Shown here piece by piece: positions 25,106 through 37,929 of a stretch of 64,000 bases of DNA (position 1 is its first letter; each line of letters begins with the position of its first letter). The DNA is from Octopus sinensis. Lineage: Eukaryota. The notes below the pieces were generated by a model. The model searched no databases. It was given only the letters and a program-made list of their open reading frames with translations, and was not told the DNA's origin. Made by a program: the position numbers and the translations under genes. The stretch is from positions 135,346,001 through 135,410,000 of the forward strand of contig NC_042998.1 in the NCBI RefSeq assembly GCF_006345805.1, read 5' to 3'.

Positions 25106-25255
25106 TATATTATATAGCTAGATAGATAGATAGATAGATAGATAAAGAGAGAGAGAGAGAGATGAGAGGAGAGAGAGAAATGTAGAGAGAAAGAGGGTGA
25201 GACAGAGAGACTAAGAGACGTGTGTGTGTTTGGTACACGTCTCTCTATCTACCAA

Positions 25256-25296
<41 letters not shown>

Positions 25297-25909
25297 CTAG
25301 CCAAAGCCTTGTGAATGGATTTGGTAGACAGAAACAGATAAAAGCTAGTCGTCTTAATGTGTGTGTGTATGTATATATGAATGTGTGTACGTATGTCCCA
25401 GTGTGTATGTTTGTATGTATAAGTATACATTCTCCCAGTTTCATCGCCATTGCTGTTTTTTACTTGTCTTTTCTGTTGAAGTTGTTCTTATTTTCATTAT
25501 TTTCAGTTTCTTTCGTTTTCCTTTTATCTCCCTAGGGAATACGTTGACAAACTTTTTTCATTTACTTTTCTCGTTTCTTTTGAATTTATTTATGGTACAT
25601 CCTTGTAGGGCAGGATTCATGACAGACGAACTGTAGAGGGGACTTTGCTGCGGGCTAGCTAGGAAGTTGGTCAGCAGAGAAAGGGACTTCCGGTGGGAGA
25701 AGAAGAACAAAATAATGTCAGCAGTGAGTGTTAAACGAATCTGAATGAACTAAACAGAAATAGCTGGCGACTTAAGCCCTGATGTACGTAAAGTAATAAA
25801 CCTTTGTTAAATGTATTCTCGTCACCACTAGTTTGTTTGCGTGTAGCTTAACAAAGCTATAACTGGTGACCACGACGATAGAACAACAGCTCTCGCTATT
25901 GAAACAAAC

Positions 25910-26475
25910 ATGGCAAGCAACAAAATAACACTGAGGCTATCACAATTCTGGCCTGAGAAGGCTGAACTGTGGTTCGCACAAGTAGAAGCCCAATTCAGTA
26001 TAAACAAGTTAACGGCAGACCAAACGAAATACTCGTACTTTGTGGCGGCACTAGATGAAGATACGGCAAGAGGGTGCTAGACATTTTGACACAAACTCCA
26101 CCAAAGCACAAATACGCCATATTGAAAAACAGGCTACTGGATACATTCTAACTCAGTGAAAGAGAAACGGCAGCCAAGATACTGGAGGAGAAATTAGGCG
26201 ATTCTAAACCTTCGGAACTGATGGACAAGATGTTGGCATTAGTCTCCCTTCCCAGTAGGTCACCTTCCTTTTTGTTTAGGGAAATATTCCTCCGCAAGCT
26301 GCCACCCCAGGTCCAGGCCCTCATAACTCAGACCGAAATCAAGGACCTGCGGCAAGATGACCTGTGCTTCTACCACGTAAAGTTCGGGAAAAAGGCGACA
26401 AAGTGCAAACAACCATGTAGCTTCGGGACCCCTTCACCAGTGACCCAGGGAAACACCAGGGCCGGCTGCCATTGA
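25910..26475 (+). pseudogene. gag: Disrupted gag of the CsRn1-like element
   Basis: MASNKITLRLSQFWPEKAELWFAQVEAQFSINKLTADQTKYSYFVAALDEDTA..., then a frameshift and a stop, then MDKMLAL...FLRKLP...Cx2Hx9Cx3C. Confidence 0.85.
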
Positions 26476-26610
26476 ATGCCAGCACACATGATCAAATGCT
26501 CCTCTATGTTTGTGATCGGAGCTCCGGACGCAGGTTCCTAATCGACACAGGAGCAGAAGTCAGTGTGATTCCGGCGTCGGCAAGAGACCTCCGTCATGTA
26601 TCTATCTGAT
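26448..26610 (+). pseudogene. pol: Aspartic protease N-terminus (pol, -1 frame relative to gag), truncated
   Basis: LLYVCDRSSGRRFLIDTGAEVSVIPAS with the D-T-G catalytic motif at 26544. Confidence 0.85.
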
Positions 26611-27419
26611 ACATGTATTCTCGTCTCCACTAGTTTGTTTGCGTATAGCTTAACAAAGTTATACTCTCGTATTTTTTTTCTCGTCTGGCTTGAAATTTTC
26701 AGTTAACATTTTAATCAAAGTAAATAGATGGCTCATCTATGTACTTTAATCTCAACATGGGGCCCCTCAAATGCGGAGGCCCGTGAGCGACGGTTCTGAC
26801 CATAACTAATCTGCACATCCTTTGATAACTCACGGATGGTGATTGGACGATTTCCTCTCACAGCTGCACGTACATCCGCGATGTTTTTCTCAGTTCTGCT
26901 AGTTGCGGATCTTCCTGAATGTTCGTCACTATCGACATTTTTCGGCTATTTTCGAAATGTCTGAACCACTCGTACACTTGTTTGCAACTCATACACTCAC
27001 CACCATACACTTTCTGCAACTTTGCGTAGGCCTCTGAGCAGGTGTCACCATGATAACTTTCTCTGTCATGGTCAATGCGACGATCACACGTTATACACAT
27101 TAATTCGAAGCACTGCTTTAAACAGCACAAGTGAGCTAGAACGTTAAAACTTAGTGCACATGCACAATAAGGGTCAAGGTCCTCTCTCTGCATGCTTTAG
27201 CTTCGTTACTCTGGTAACAGTCCGGATACTTATTGATCAGACCTCGTACTAAATAGAATGTTTATAGAAAACATCGAGAGGCATCAGGAAAGGTGTTTGT
27301 TCTGAGAACATATAGTAGTGATGGGTGAGATACTCTGTGGATAGTGAGAAAAAGAAGAAATGTGTTGAATTGGCCTAAGTGGAGCTCGTTTGTTCAGAAT
27401 ATCAATGTGTGTGTGTGTC

Positions 27420-27563
<144 letters not shown>

Positions 27564-28304
27564 TCAGAAATTTAAACTAGAGTGCTATAGGATCTTGCCT
27601 CTGCAATAATGACATTCGAGCTAAGAAAACTTAGCCTTCAGAATTTTAGATAGTCATTTCACCTGTTAGAAATAGCAGCCGAATATCCGTCCTGCCATAC
27701 TTCAATGTTGGATAACGTAATTCTAGATACATTATATCTGAAAATAAAAGTCGGTATGATCATAATCATGACACTTTATAATAGGTTTACTGGAGTAAGG
27801 CTGACCATGAGCTAAACAACAACGACATCGTCCTCAGCAACATCATCAACATGAGCAACAACAACAATCATAACAACAGCAAGTGCTATGGCAACAATAA
27901 CAAAAGCAATGGCAACACTAAAAACGATTCCTAGCATTTATACAAGACCTTATATCTGCATGTGAAGGACGTTGTTTATTAGATCAATCTCAGGACATGC
28001 TTTATAACCTATTGACTTGATCTCTGGAGATATGAAAGCAAAGTTTATTTGTAACCGGACATGATATATTACCATCTTGTCTGTACAATATATACATGTG
28101 TGTGTGTATGTGTGTGTGTGTGTGTATGTGTGTGTGTTTGTGTGTATGTGTTTCAAATTTTGGCCCAAGACCAGCAATTTTATGATATAAACTCAAGAGA
28201 ATGCTGGACAGTTAGGCCAGCACTTCTGATTCGATCCTCAAAGGGTCTCCCGTCCCTTGCATATATATATCTAACAATATATAACATAATACAAAGTAGC
28301 CAGT

Positions 28305-28505
28305 GGGCAGAATCGTTAGCACTCTTGGGAAAATGCTTAGCGACATTTCGTCTGTCTATACGTTCTGAGCTCAAATTCCGCCGAGGCCTATTTTACATTT
28401 TATCATTTCAGGGTCGGTAAAATAAGTACCAACTGAGCATTGGGGTTGATGTAATTAACTTACTCGCTTCCCCGAAATTGCTGGCCTTGTGTCAAAATTT
28501 GAAAT
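28305..28505 (+). mobile_element. SINE family A copy
   Basis: TGGGCAGAATCGTTAGCAC...GAGCTCAAATTCCGCCGAGG...GGGTCGGTAAAATAAGTACCA. Confidence 0.75.
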
Positions 28506-28629
28506 ACTATGTATATATATTGTACAGGCAAGACGGTAATATTTCGAACGCAGAATAGCCGTGAAAACAGCAGAAAGATTGGGTATTATTACCCTTATAA
28601 AATGGAAAAAAGTTGTCAATAGATAGCCT

Positions 28630-28880
28630 TTATCTTGGAGGCTCGTGGTTAAGGGGTTGAGCTCAAGATGGCAAGATCGTTATTTCGATTTCCGGACCGG
28701 GTGGTGTATTGTGTTTTTTGAGCAAAAAACTTAATTTCCCGTTGTTCCAATCGAATCAGCTGCAAATGAGTAACCCTGCGACGGACTGACGTCTCGTTCC
28801 GGGGGAGTGTTGTGATCTCACTCTCTTATACGCCATTGAAATCGGGTAACCGGCTTTATGAATCCTAGAACTTGAGACAG
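28630..28880 (+). mobile_element. SINE family C-like copy (tRNA head, CORE, V-like)
   Basis: GGCTCGTGGTTAAGGGG...TTCGATTTCCGGACCGG...GTAACCCTGCGACGGACTGACGTCTCGTTCCGGGG. Confidence 0.65.
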
Positions 28881-29359
28881 ACCTAGTGGGAGATGTTGAC
28901 GAGTAGGATGATAATGATGTATAACAATAAAACTATTATTAATTACAAACAACAGTCACCAGTATGTCGATCGTGCGCCATGTTCAACAAGTTCCAGTTA
29001 AGGAGTAACATTTCATTGGAACAGATGGTTTATTGCTACTCTTCAATTGTCCAGTGTTGGAGATCAAGTGTCCACTTGAGTTTGCTTTTGTTAGGAGTGT
29101 ATCTTTGAGTGCTTGGTCACCATATACAGTTTAATGGTGACTTAAACCGTCCAGCTGTATGATGTAATATATCACCTCACTGATATACTGTGCTGTTAGT
29201 GTTCTGATAAAATACATTGTTTGTTAAGTTTCTTCAATTTTACTTCAGACAAAGGGCTCAGATACTGCTGCAGCATCCGTTTTCATAAGTTGCTGAAAGA
29301 GACACATTTAGTACCTAAGAAACACAAACACGCATACGCACACACGCATATACGCATCC

Positions 29360-29424
<65 letters not shown>

Positions 29425-29439
29425 CTGTCTATCTATCTA

Positions 29440-29470
<31 letters not shown>

Positions 29471-29536
29471 CTCTCTCTCTCTCTATCTATCTGTCTGTCT
29501 ATCTATCTGTCTATCAATCAATCAATCAATCAATCA

Positions 29537-29618
<82 letters not shown>

Positions 29619-30676
29619 TAACAAATCTGCAATAATTAAGACATTGAGAAATTCTCAGGGATGCTCTCTGCATGAAGAACATAGAGTTAATTGGAAGTTA
29701 AATCACATAAACTTTGGAACTTACTAATAGGCAATGCAGATCATCTCTAATTTTTTCGTATATTAATCTCCCTCTCTCTTTGGGAAATTTCCCTCTGTTA
29801 TTTTGTTAAAGTGTGACGTCTACTTTTGTACATTATTCTACGTTAATATACTGATACTACCCCCACCTAAATATTAAAATAATAGCCGTAATAAAATAAA
29901 ATTGGTTTAAGGAAAATTTTTGTAAAGAAAGGAAAAGTTTTATAATGAACAGCAATGCAGGCAGTTCAGAAATCCATACAACGGTTTCAGATTTTGACAT
30001 AAAGCCAGCAAATTAAGAAAAGTGGACAAGTCAATTACATCGTCTCTGGTGATCAACTGGAACTTTATTTTAGCAACTCTGAAAGGACAAAAGGCTAAGT
30101 CAACTTCGGCGAAGATTGAACTCAAGGGGTAAATAGCAGGAAGAAATTCTGTTAAGTATTTTGTCCGACACAGTGAGGAATCTGCCTGCTCGCTGCCTTA
30201 GAAATTCACATAATGAATGTAAATTGAATTGTGACATGCACTGGCTCGGGAACGAGATTTGCTTAGGGGGTACAAACCCAGGTCCAAATGTTTTTATTTG
30301 TTTTGTTCTTTAAGAAGAAACCTAACTTCAAGCTATTTTTTACAGATTACTTTTTACGCAGTTTTCTAAACCTGAGAAAAGTGAGTAGAGTTGCAAATTT
30401 TGATTTTGCCCAAACCACGCCCAAAACTTTTAGGAGGTGCGCTTGCATCTCTTGTACACCTTGTTCCTGGGCTCATAGTGACATACATTAGAAACTCATT
30501 CTTCACAGCATTTCTCCATTCAGTTTTTAATCAGTAGGCATTTCAGAGTTACCTCCCTTGTCTTTAATGACAAGAATTATCACTAATGCTAATAATTTGT
30601 CTTTTCGTTGCAGTTGTAATTTCAGAATGGATTAAACATCTCTTGTTTAATTAGGTTTGTTATTTTCGGATTATTA

Positions 30677-30724
<48 letters not shown>

Positions 30725-30726
30725 GC

Positions 30727-30789
<63 letters not shown>

Positions 30790-30799
30790 TATAGTAGTA

Positions 30800-31605
30800 G
30801 TTTCAAACTTTACCACAAGGGCACCAATTTTTGCGGAGAGGGGATGAGTCGATTACATTGACTCCAGTGTTCAGCTGGTACATATTTTATCGACCCAGAA
30901 AGGACGAAAGGCAAAGTCAGAACGTAATGATGGACGAAATGCCGCTAAGCATTTTGCCCGGTGTGCTAACTATTCTGCTACCTAATCCTTTATACTAACT
31001 AATCCTTTCTACTATAAGCACAAGCCCTGAAATTTTGAGGGAGGGGGTCAGTCGAGTAGATCGATCCCAATACACAAGGGATGAAACGCAAAGTCGACCG
31101 CGACGGAATTTGAACTCAGAACGTAACGACAGACGAAATACATATTTCTTTACTACCCACAAGGGGCTAAACACAGAGAGGACAAACAAGGACAGACAAA
31201 CGGATCAAGTCGATTATATCGACCCCAGTGCGTAACTGGTACTTATTTAATCGACCCCGAAAGGATGAAAGGCAAAGTCGACCTCGGCGGAATTTGAACT
31301 CAGAACGTAACGACAGACGAGATACCGCTAAGCATTTCGCCAGATTTGCTAACGTTTCTGCCAGCTCGCCGTCTTTTATAATAATGGTAATAATAATCCT
31401 TTCTACTAAAGACACAAGGCCTGAAATTTTTTGGGAGGGGACGAGTCGATTACATCAACCCCCGACTGATACTTATTTCATCAATACCGAAAGGATGAAA
31501 GACAAAGTCGACCTCGGCGAAAGTAGAACTCAGGACGTAGCGACGGGCGAAATACCGCTAAGCATTTCGTCCAGCGCGCTAACAATTTTGCAAGCTCGCC
31601 ACCTA

Positions 31606-31648
<43 letters not shown>

Positions 31649-32675
31649 TAATAATAATAATAATAATGGCCATAAATGGTTTGCATTAATAAAAACATTA
31701 TGGACAGTACAGGACAAAACAAAGAATGTGTGTGTGCATGTATATATGGCGAGAGTGTGTTGCGTGGGTTTTCCGTGTAAACAAGATTATCATAATGGGG
31801 AAAAAAATTCAACAATGTATTATCCTCAATAGGGAGGAAACATTCGAGAGCTGCCCATAGAAAACCCCCATAAAACCATGGGTGCTTTGACTTTTGGGAC
31901 AGGTGCCTTTTCTCCTCTCCTTTTCTCCATTACAGGCGTATGCTCAGGGCAGGCCCGTTCATTCGTATTATTCTCGCCACTTTCATCCACCTTTCAGCAA
32001 ACTGGCTCGAAGGCAACACTTCCTTCTCTATCCTTATTTTCCTCTTCAAGTGAAACTTCAAGAAGTTGATCAAGGATTGACTAAAGAAAAAACTAATTAT
32101 CTTTAGTCTCGTCAATAATCCTTTCTACTAAAGGCACAAAGCCTGAAATTTTGGGAGAAGGGACTAGTCGATTACATCGACCCCAGTGTTTCACTGGAAC
32201 TAAATTTATCGACCTCGAAAGGATGAAAGACAAAGTCGATAACGACAGACGAAATACCTATTTCTTTACTACCCACAAGGGGCTAAACACAGAGAGGATA
32301 AACAAGGACAGACAAATGGATCAAGTCGATTATATCGACCCCAGTGCGTAACTGGTACTTATTTAATCGACCCTGAAAGGATGAAACGCAAAGTCGACCT
32401 CGGCGGAATTTGAACTCAGAACGTAACGACAGACGAGATACCTATTTCTTTATTACCCACAAGGGGCTAAACACAGAGGGGACAAACAAGGACAGACATA
32501 GGTATTAAGTCGATTACATCGACCCCAGTGCGTAACTGGTACTTAATTTATCGACCCCGAAAGGATGAAAGGCAAAGTCGACCTCGGCGGAATTCGAACT
32601 CACAACGTAACGCAGACGAGATACCGCTAAGCATTTCGCCAGGTTTGCTAACGTTTCTGCCAGCTCGCCGTCTTT

Positions 32676-32744
<69 letters not shown>

Positions 32745-32954
32745 CCTTTCTACTTTAGGCATAAAGCCCGAAATTTTTTGGGAGGGGCTAAGTCGATTAC
32801 ACCGACCCTAGTACAATTACTTAATTTATCGACTCCAAAAGGATGACAGGCAAAGTCGACCTCGGCGGAGTTTGAACTCAGAACGGAAAAACGGATGAAA
32901 TGCCGCTAAGCATTTCACCTGGAGTGCTAAACGATTTTGCCAGTTCGCCACCTC

Positions 32955-32960
<6 letters not shown>
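30800..32960 (-). mobile_element. Cluster of at least five family A SINEs, some with internal ~190-bp tandem duplications, separated by (TAA)n and (TAG)n tails
   Basis: Repeated GAAAGGATGAAAGGCAAAGTCGACCTCGGCGGAATTTGAACTC; insert TACCCACAAGGGGCTAAACACAGAG at about 31155, 32270 and 32455. Confidence 0.85.
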
Positions 32961-33051
<91 letters not shown>

Positions 33052-33766
33052 ATGATGGATGAGGGGGACAATACAAAGACAGACATAACGACAGACATAA
33101 TGAAATGATAAAAAAAAATGTAAATGTACATGGTATACACTGAAAAAGAAGGGATTTATGCATAGCATACAAATGTTTAAAAAAATGTGGCAGGGATAAT
33201 GATAAAGATGTAGCCCTCCTCATCAAATTTTATTCGGATATATAATAAAAAATATTTCATATATTTAGTCCGAGGCAACAGTCATTTGGTGGTGAAGGTC
33301 ATGTAACATGATGAGCTTAACATGGGATCGGCTGATGATGTAGAGATCAGATCTCAGCATACAACCAATAATCAGAACCGGATCTGCATCTAATAGTACA
33401 GCAATCTGAGAGGTTTTGAATAAGTGGGGAAACCAGCCGGAATAGGAACAAGTACTGAAATTGCTTCTCAAGAGCCACACAAAATTTGGACAAATCTTTG
33501 CCTAGACACAAACTGCTTTTCAATTTGGGAATTATCGCCATTGCTTGTGGTCAGTTGTTCTTATATATAGCTAAGTAGATAGCATTGTTCCAGAAATGTT
33601 TTGGTTGATAATGGTTGGTGGCAGAACACAACAATCGACCACTCGGCTGGTTACAATTTCACGATCAACTCAGTCATCAGTCAAGAACCGCCTTTCTCAC
33701 TCGCCTTTGTCAAAGTCTTTACGTATGTAACTATCTGTGTATGTATATGTATGTATGTGTTTGTGA

Positions 33767-33816
<50 letters not shown>

Positions 33817-35070
33817 TATATATATATACAATTAAAAATAGGATAAAATCTTTATAAGAATTTATCAAGTAGTCAGCGTGAAAAACCTCATAAGAGAAAA
33901 AATCCACCAATTTTTTCACTTAAATATATTCATTTATATTATATAGAGGACATTACTACACATAAATGCCACACGCTAGGAGGGACTCTTAAAGTAAAAA
34001 CTACTAAAATAAATAAACACATCGTACCGAATGCAACTGCCGAAGCAAGTCATTTAAAAATAGAACTTAGCCGCATATCACTGTGATTTCATAATCAGTG
34101 CAATGGTGCACTCTTTACTCATTAGTGCAAGCATATTCTTACACTGATGAGGTCGATACAAATAAGTATTGAGGCATCATCCATTGACAATGTTGCAAAA
34201 GCAACGAAAATTTTGGATGAAAAAATATAAATAATAAATGAGTCGAAATCGAACCGGTGAGTGTGTTAGATAATAAGATATTAAGATAATATGACTCTCC
34301 CCAGAAAATGTTATTAATACTATCCTTGAAGGTGTTGCACCAGCGTGGCCTCAGCGTGGAGCAAGCGTGACCACAGACCAATCTCAGTAAAAGTACAAAT
34401 ACCATACATTTCAAGAGACTAAGTATTGTAAAGTGAATTCTGTTTGTGTTGTCTTTTCAATAAGACTAACAGAATAGATTTATAGTTGCGTGTGAAAGAG
34501 AAAGGGAGAATGAGATAGACAATGAGAAAGTGAAGGAGGAAATGTGGTAAAGAGAAAAGAAGATCAAAAGAGAAAGTGAATGAGAGTGAGGGAGAGAGAG
34601 AGAAATAGAGATAGAAAGACAAAGACGGAGGAAAGTGAGAAGGGAAAGAAGATGCACAGGAGGAGAAGGAGGAGGGGAGGAGGAGGAAGGGTAGGAAAGT
34701 TATGACGTATGAGCGAGAGAGGGTTAGTTGAGGTAGTTGCAGTTTTTCTTGGAATTGGTTGGCAGAAAAGCAAAAAGTACAGTACCACAGCGATTCTGTT
34801 CTCCACAATTGTCGCTGTTTTCGCGTTGAAAGTTGATAACCGCGCAGAAACGCATTCACACTCATATATACATACACAAATACACATACGCTTACACAAA
34901 CGCATGAAAACACACACACACACAAATACATATGTGTGTATGTGCGTGTATATATATATAATATATATATGTATGTATATATATATATATATACATATAT
35001 ATACTTATACTTACATACATATTTACATACATATATATATTTATTTCTTTAAACATGTATACACACACAC

Positions 35071-35129
<59 letters not shown>

Positions 35130-35183
35130 CATAATTATGCATTTGTACACACATATATATACACAATACATGCACATACACAC

Positions 35184-35249
<66 letters not shown>

Positions 35250-35591
35250 GTATATACCTACACTTGTGTGAGTGTGTGTGAATATATATATTTTATATCT
35301 TTTACTTATTTCAGTCATTGAACTGCGGCCATGTTGGGGCACCGCCTTCAAGGGTTTAGTCAACAAGTTGACTCTAGTATCTATTTTTAAGTCTGTCACT
35401 CATTCTGTTGGCCTACTTGCGGAACCATTTTACGGGGGACGTAAACAAACCAGCACAGGTTGTTAAGCGTTGTTGATTTGTTAGGGAGAACAAACACAAG
35501 CTCCACCCCGTATATATATATATATATTATATATATATATATATATATACCTATATATATATATACCCTATCCCTCACACATGCACACACG

Positions 35592-35650
<59 letters not shown>

Positions 35651-35834
35651 GACGGGCTTCCACTCAGTTCCTTTTACCAGATTCTCTTACAAGGCATTGG
35701 TCAGACCGGTCCTATAGTAAAAGACACTTGCCCAATGTACTAAGCCATTAGACTGAACCCGAAACCACGTAGCTACAAAGCAAGTTTCATTGCTACACAA
35801 ATTATACACACACACAAAGATACCTCCACATATC

Positions 35835-35909
<75 letters not shown>

Positions 35910-36220
35910 CATACACACACATATATATATACCTATATATATATACATACATATATACATACATATATATATATATACATATATATAGATAAACTTACTT
36001 GGAAATGTGTGTATATATATATAATAAAATAATATATAAATATATGCATATATACATACATATATGTACATACCTACATCTATATGTATATATACATGCA
36101 TATATGGGTACAGGACGCAAAAAAAAAAACGTTGAACACAATGAGAAACGAAAACATAAAAACAAAAACATGGAAACAAACTTTTTTTTCAAACAACGAA
36201 AAAACAGAGTACAAGACATA

Positions 36221-37484
36221 CGAGGGGCGTTCAATAAGTAATGCCCCTGACGAAACTTGGCACAGTTATTAGTCTTTTTCTATATAGGAACCACCCAGAG
36301 TTATGCATTTCTCACATTGTTTGATGCAGCTCTGGAGACCGTTTTTGTAGAAGACCCCAGCCTGGTCCTCCAACCACGACGTGACTTCAGAAATCAAGGC
36401 TGCATCATCTGGGAAACGCTTTCCTTTCAAAAACAACTTCATGGCTGGGAAGAGGTGAAAATCAGAGGGTGCAAGGTCAGGAGAGTAGGGGGATGGGGGA
36501 GGAGTTCATAGCCGCACGCCTGTGCTTCTGATCTGGCGACACGCGAGTTGTGGACCGGAGCGTTGTCCTGCAAGAGGAGGATGCCTTTGCTGATCTTGTC
36601 CCGCCTCTTGATTTTGATAGCTTCTCTTAATTTCCTCAAAAGGGAAGCATAATAGGCTCCTGTAATTGTGGTACCCTTTGCCAGGAAATCTGTCATCACT
36701 ACTCCGTCCTGGTCCCAGAAGACTGTGAGCATGACCTTGCCAGCGGAGGGCTGCACCCTTGCCTTCTTTGGAGGAGGTGAGTCACGGTGCTTCCACTGCA
36801 TTGACTGGGCTTTGGTCTCTGGATCATAGTGATGGACCCAGGTTTCATCCTGTCTAATCAGTCTTTCGAAAATTTTGACTCATCTTCTTGGCACATCTCC
36901 AAATTCATCCTCGGGCACTCGACGCGTTCTTGCTTCTGGAAAGGTGTGAGCAACCTGGGAATCCATCTGGTAGATACCTTTTGCATATGCAAATGGTCAT
37001 GAATGATAGTTTCCACAGACCCGGTACTAATCTTGACCTCATGGGCTATTTGGCGAATAGTTATGCGTCGATCTTCCAAAATGGCTGCCTCAACTTGACG
37101 GACAGATGCCTCATCAATGGCAGAAGGGGGGCGACCAGATCTGGGAGCTGTTTCCACAGAGTTCCGACCATGTTTGAATTCCCGATGCCAGCGTTTTACA
37201 AGGTCATATGATGGGGCATCATCACCATAAGTTACTTTCATTTCATCAAAAATCTTCCGTAGTGTGCGTCCTTTCAAATACAAAAACCGGATCACTACTC
37301 GACACTCAACAGGCTCCATTTCATACTTGATTCAGTTCAAACACCTGAAAATCAGAAACCACAATTAGTTCAGTTGTAATTTGCCACTTAATCTATAAAG
37401 ATATAAATAATTGCACATGCAAAATTTCAGCTAGGTCAAACAACTGCAAGTGGGTCAGGAGCATTACTTATTGAACGTCCCTCG
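36221..37484 (-). mobile_element. Full-length mariner DNA transposon (1264 bp)
   Basis: 31-bp TIRs CGAGGGGCGTTCAATAAGTAATGCCCCTGAC and its copy (2 mismatches); TA on both sides (36219-36220, 37485-37486). Confidence 0.95.
36269..37319 (-). pseudogene. DD34D mariner transposase with two 1-nt frameshifts
   Basis: HTH region, WIPRLLT, QDETWVHHYDPE, AGKVMLTVFWD, QDNAPVH, (Y)SPDLAPSD; 34 residues between the second and third Asp after frame correction; no internal stops. Confidence 0.92.
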
Positions 37485-37569
37485 TACAACACAAGGAATA
37501 TTCCCCTTCTTCAGTTGTCCCTGTTTCGTCTACTCCGCGTTTCGAATATAATACACCTATATATATATA

Positions 37570-37618
<49 letters not shown>

Positions 37619-37619
37619 C

Positions 37620-37860
37620 AGCAGTATTTTTCCGGCCGTTTTCCATGATGGTATGGGTTGAACGGGTCGTCAAGATCTGACTCCTTTCCTAATAAAAGCT
37701 ACTTCTATATTTCCATAGTATGATGTTCGTACGTGTCATGTGACTTGGTTTCTACTGTTGGTTGCCCTTCCTATCGACAACCATTTCACAGAGTGTAATG
37801 AGTGCGCTTTCCGTTACACCAACACGAAAAAAATGTTGAATAGAGTGGCCTCAGAAGGTC
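37620..37860 (-). mobile_element. Degenerate SINE with an RTE-like tail
   Basis: CGTTTTCCATGATGGTATGGGTTG...GGTTGCCCTTCCTATCGACAACCATTTCACAGAGTG; family recalled, not verified. Confidence 0.45.
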
Positions 37861-37929
37861 GGGCCTTCTCAGCAGCCACTTTACAGGTTATGCTGGGCGC
37901 ATTTTGTGGTAGTGACATTCACCTGGTAT

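Larger units (their letters stand above)
25632..26663 (+). mobile_element. Internally deleted Ty3/gypsy LTR retrotransposon, CsRn1/Kabuki-like clade
   Basis: 5' LTR about 25632-25863 starting TGTA; PBS TGGTGACCACGACG (25864-25877, tRNA-Trp-like); gag FWPEKAELWFAQVEAQF and CHCC motif CFYHVKFGKKATKCKQPC; protease FLIDTGAEVSVIP; 3' LTR remnant 26613-26663 matches 25811-25861 at 48/51. Confidence 0.9.
23698..27246. mobile_element. Non-autonomous mariner with two 5' ends, interrupted by about 2.7 kb of later insertions
   Basis: TA|CGAGGTCTGATCAATAAGTATCCGGACTG at the 27246 end (minus) and a degenerate copy at 23698 (plus); about 250 bp of 5' sequence shared by both ends; minus-strand transposase ...IRELSKDVQISYG (about 26800) continues as VQSIITEDLGVRRVSTRFVPKLLSADQK (about 24105-23950). 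Confidence 0.75.

Noticed and set aside
30800-32960. CRISPR-like or regularly spaced repeat array
   Set aside because: The units are SINE segments of irregular length with no unique spacers, in a eukaryotic context
37487-37545. Type-II hammerhead (GAAAC...CTGAAGA) on the minus strand beside the mariner
   Set aside because: The core boxes are present but stem I does not pair and stem II needs a 4-nt insertion; at most a PLE-repeat relic
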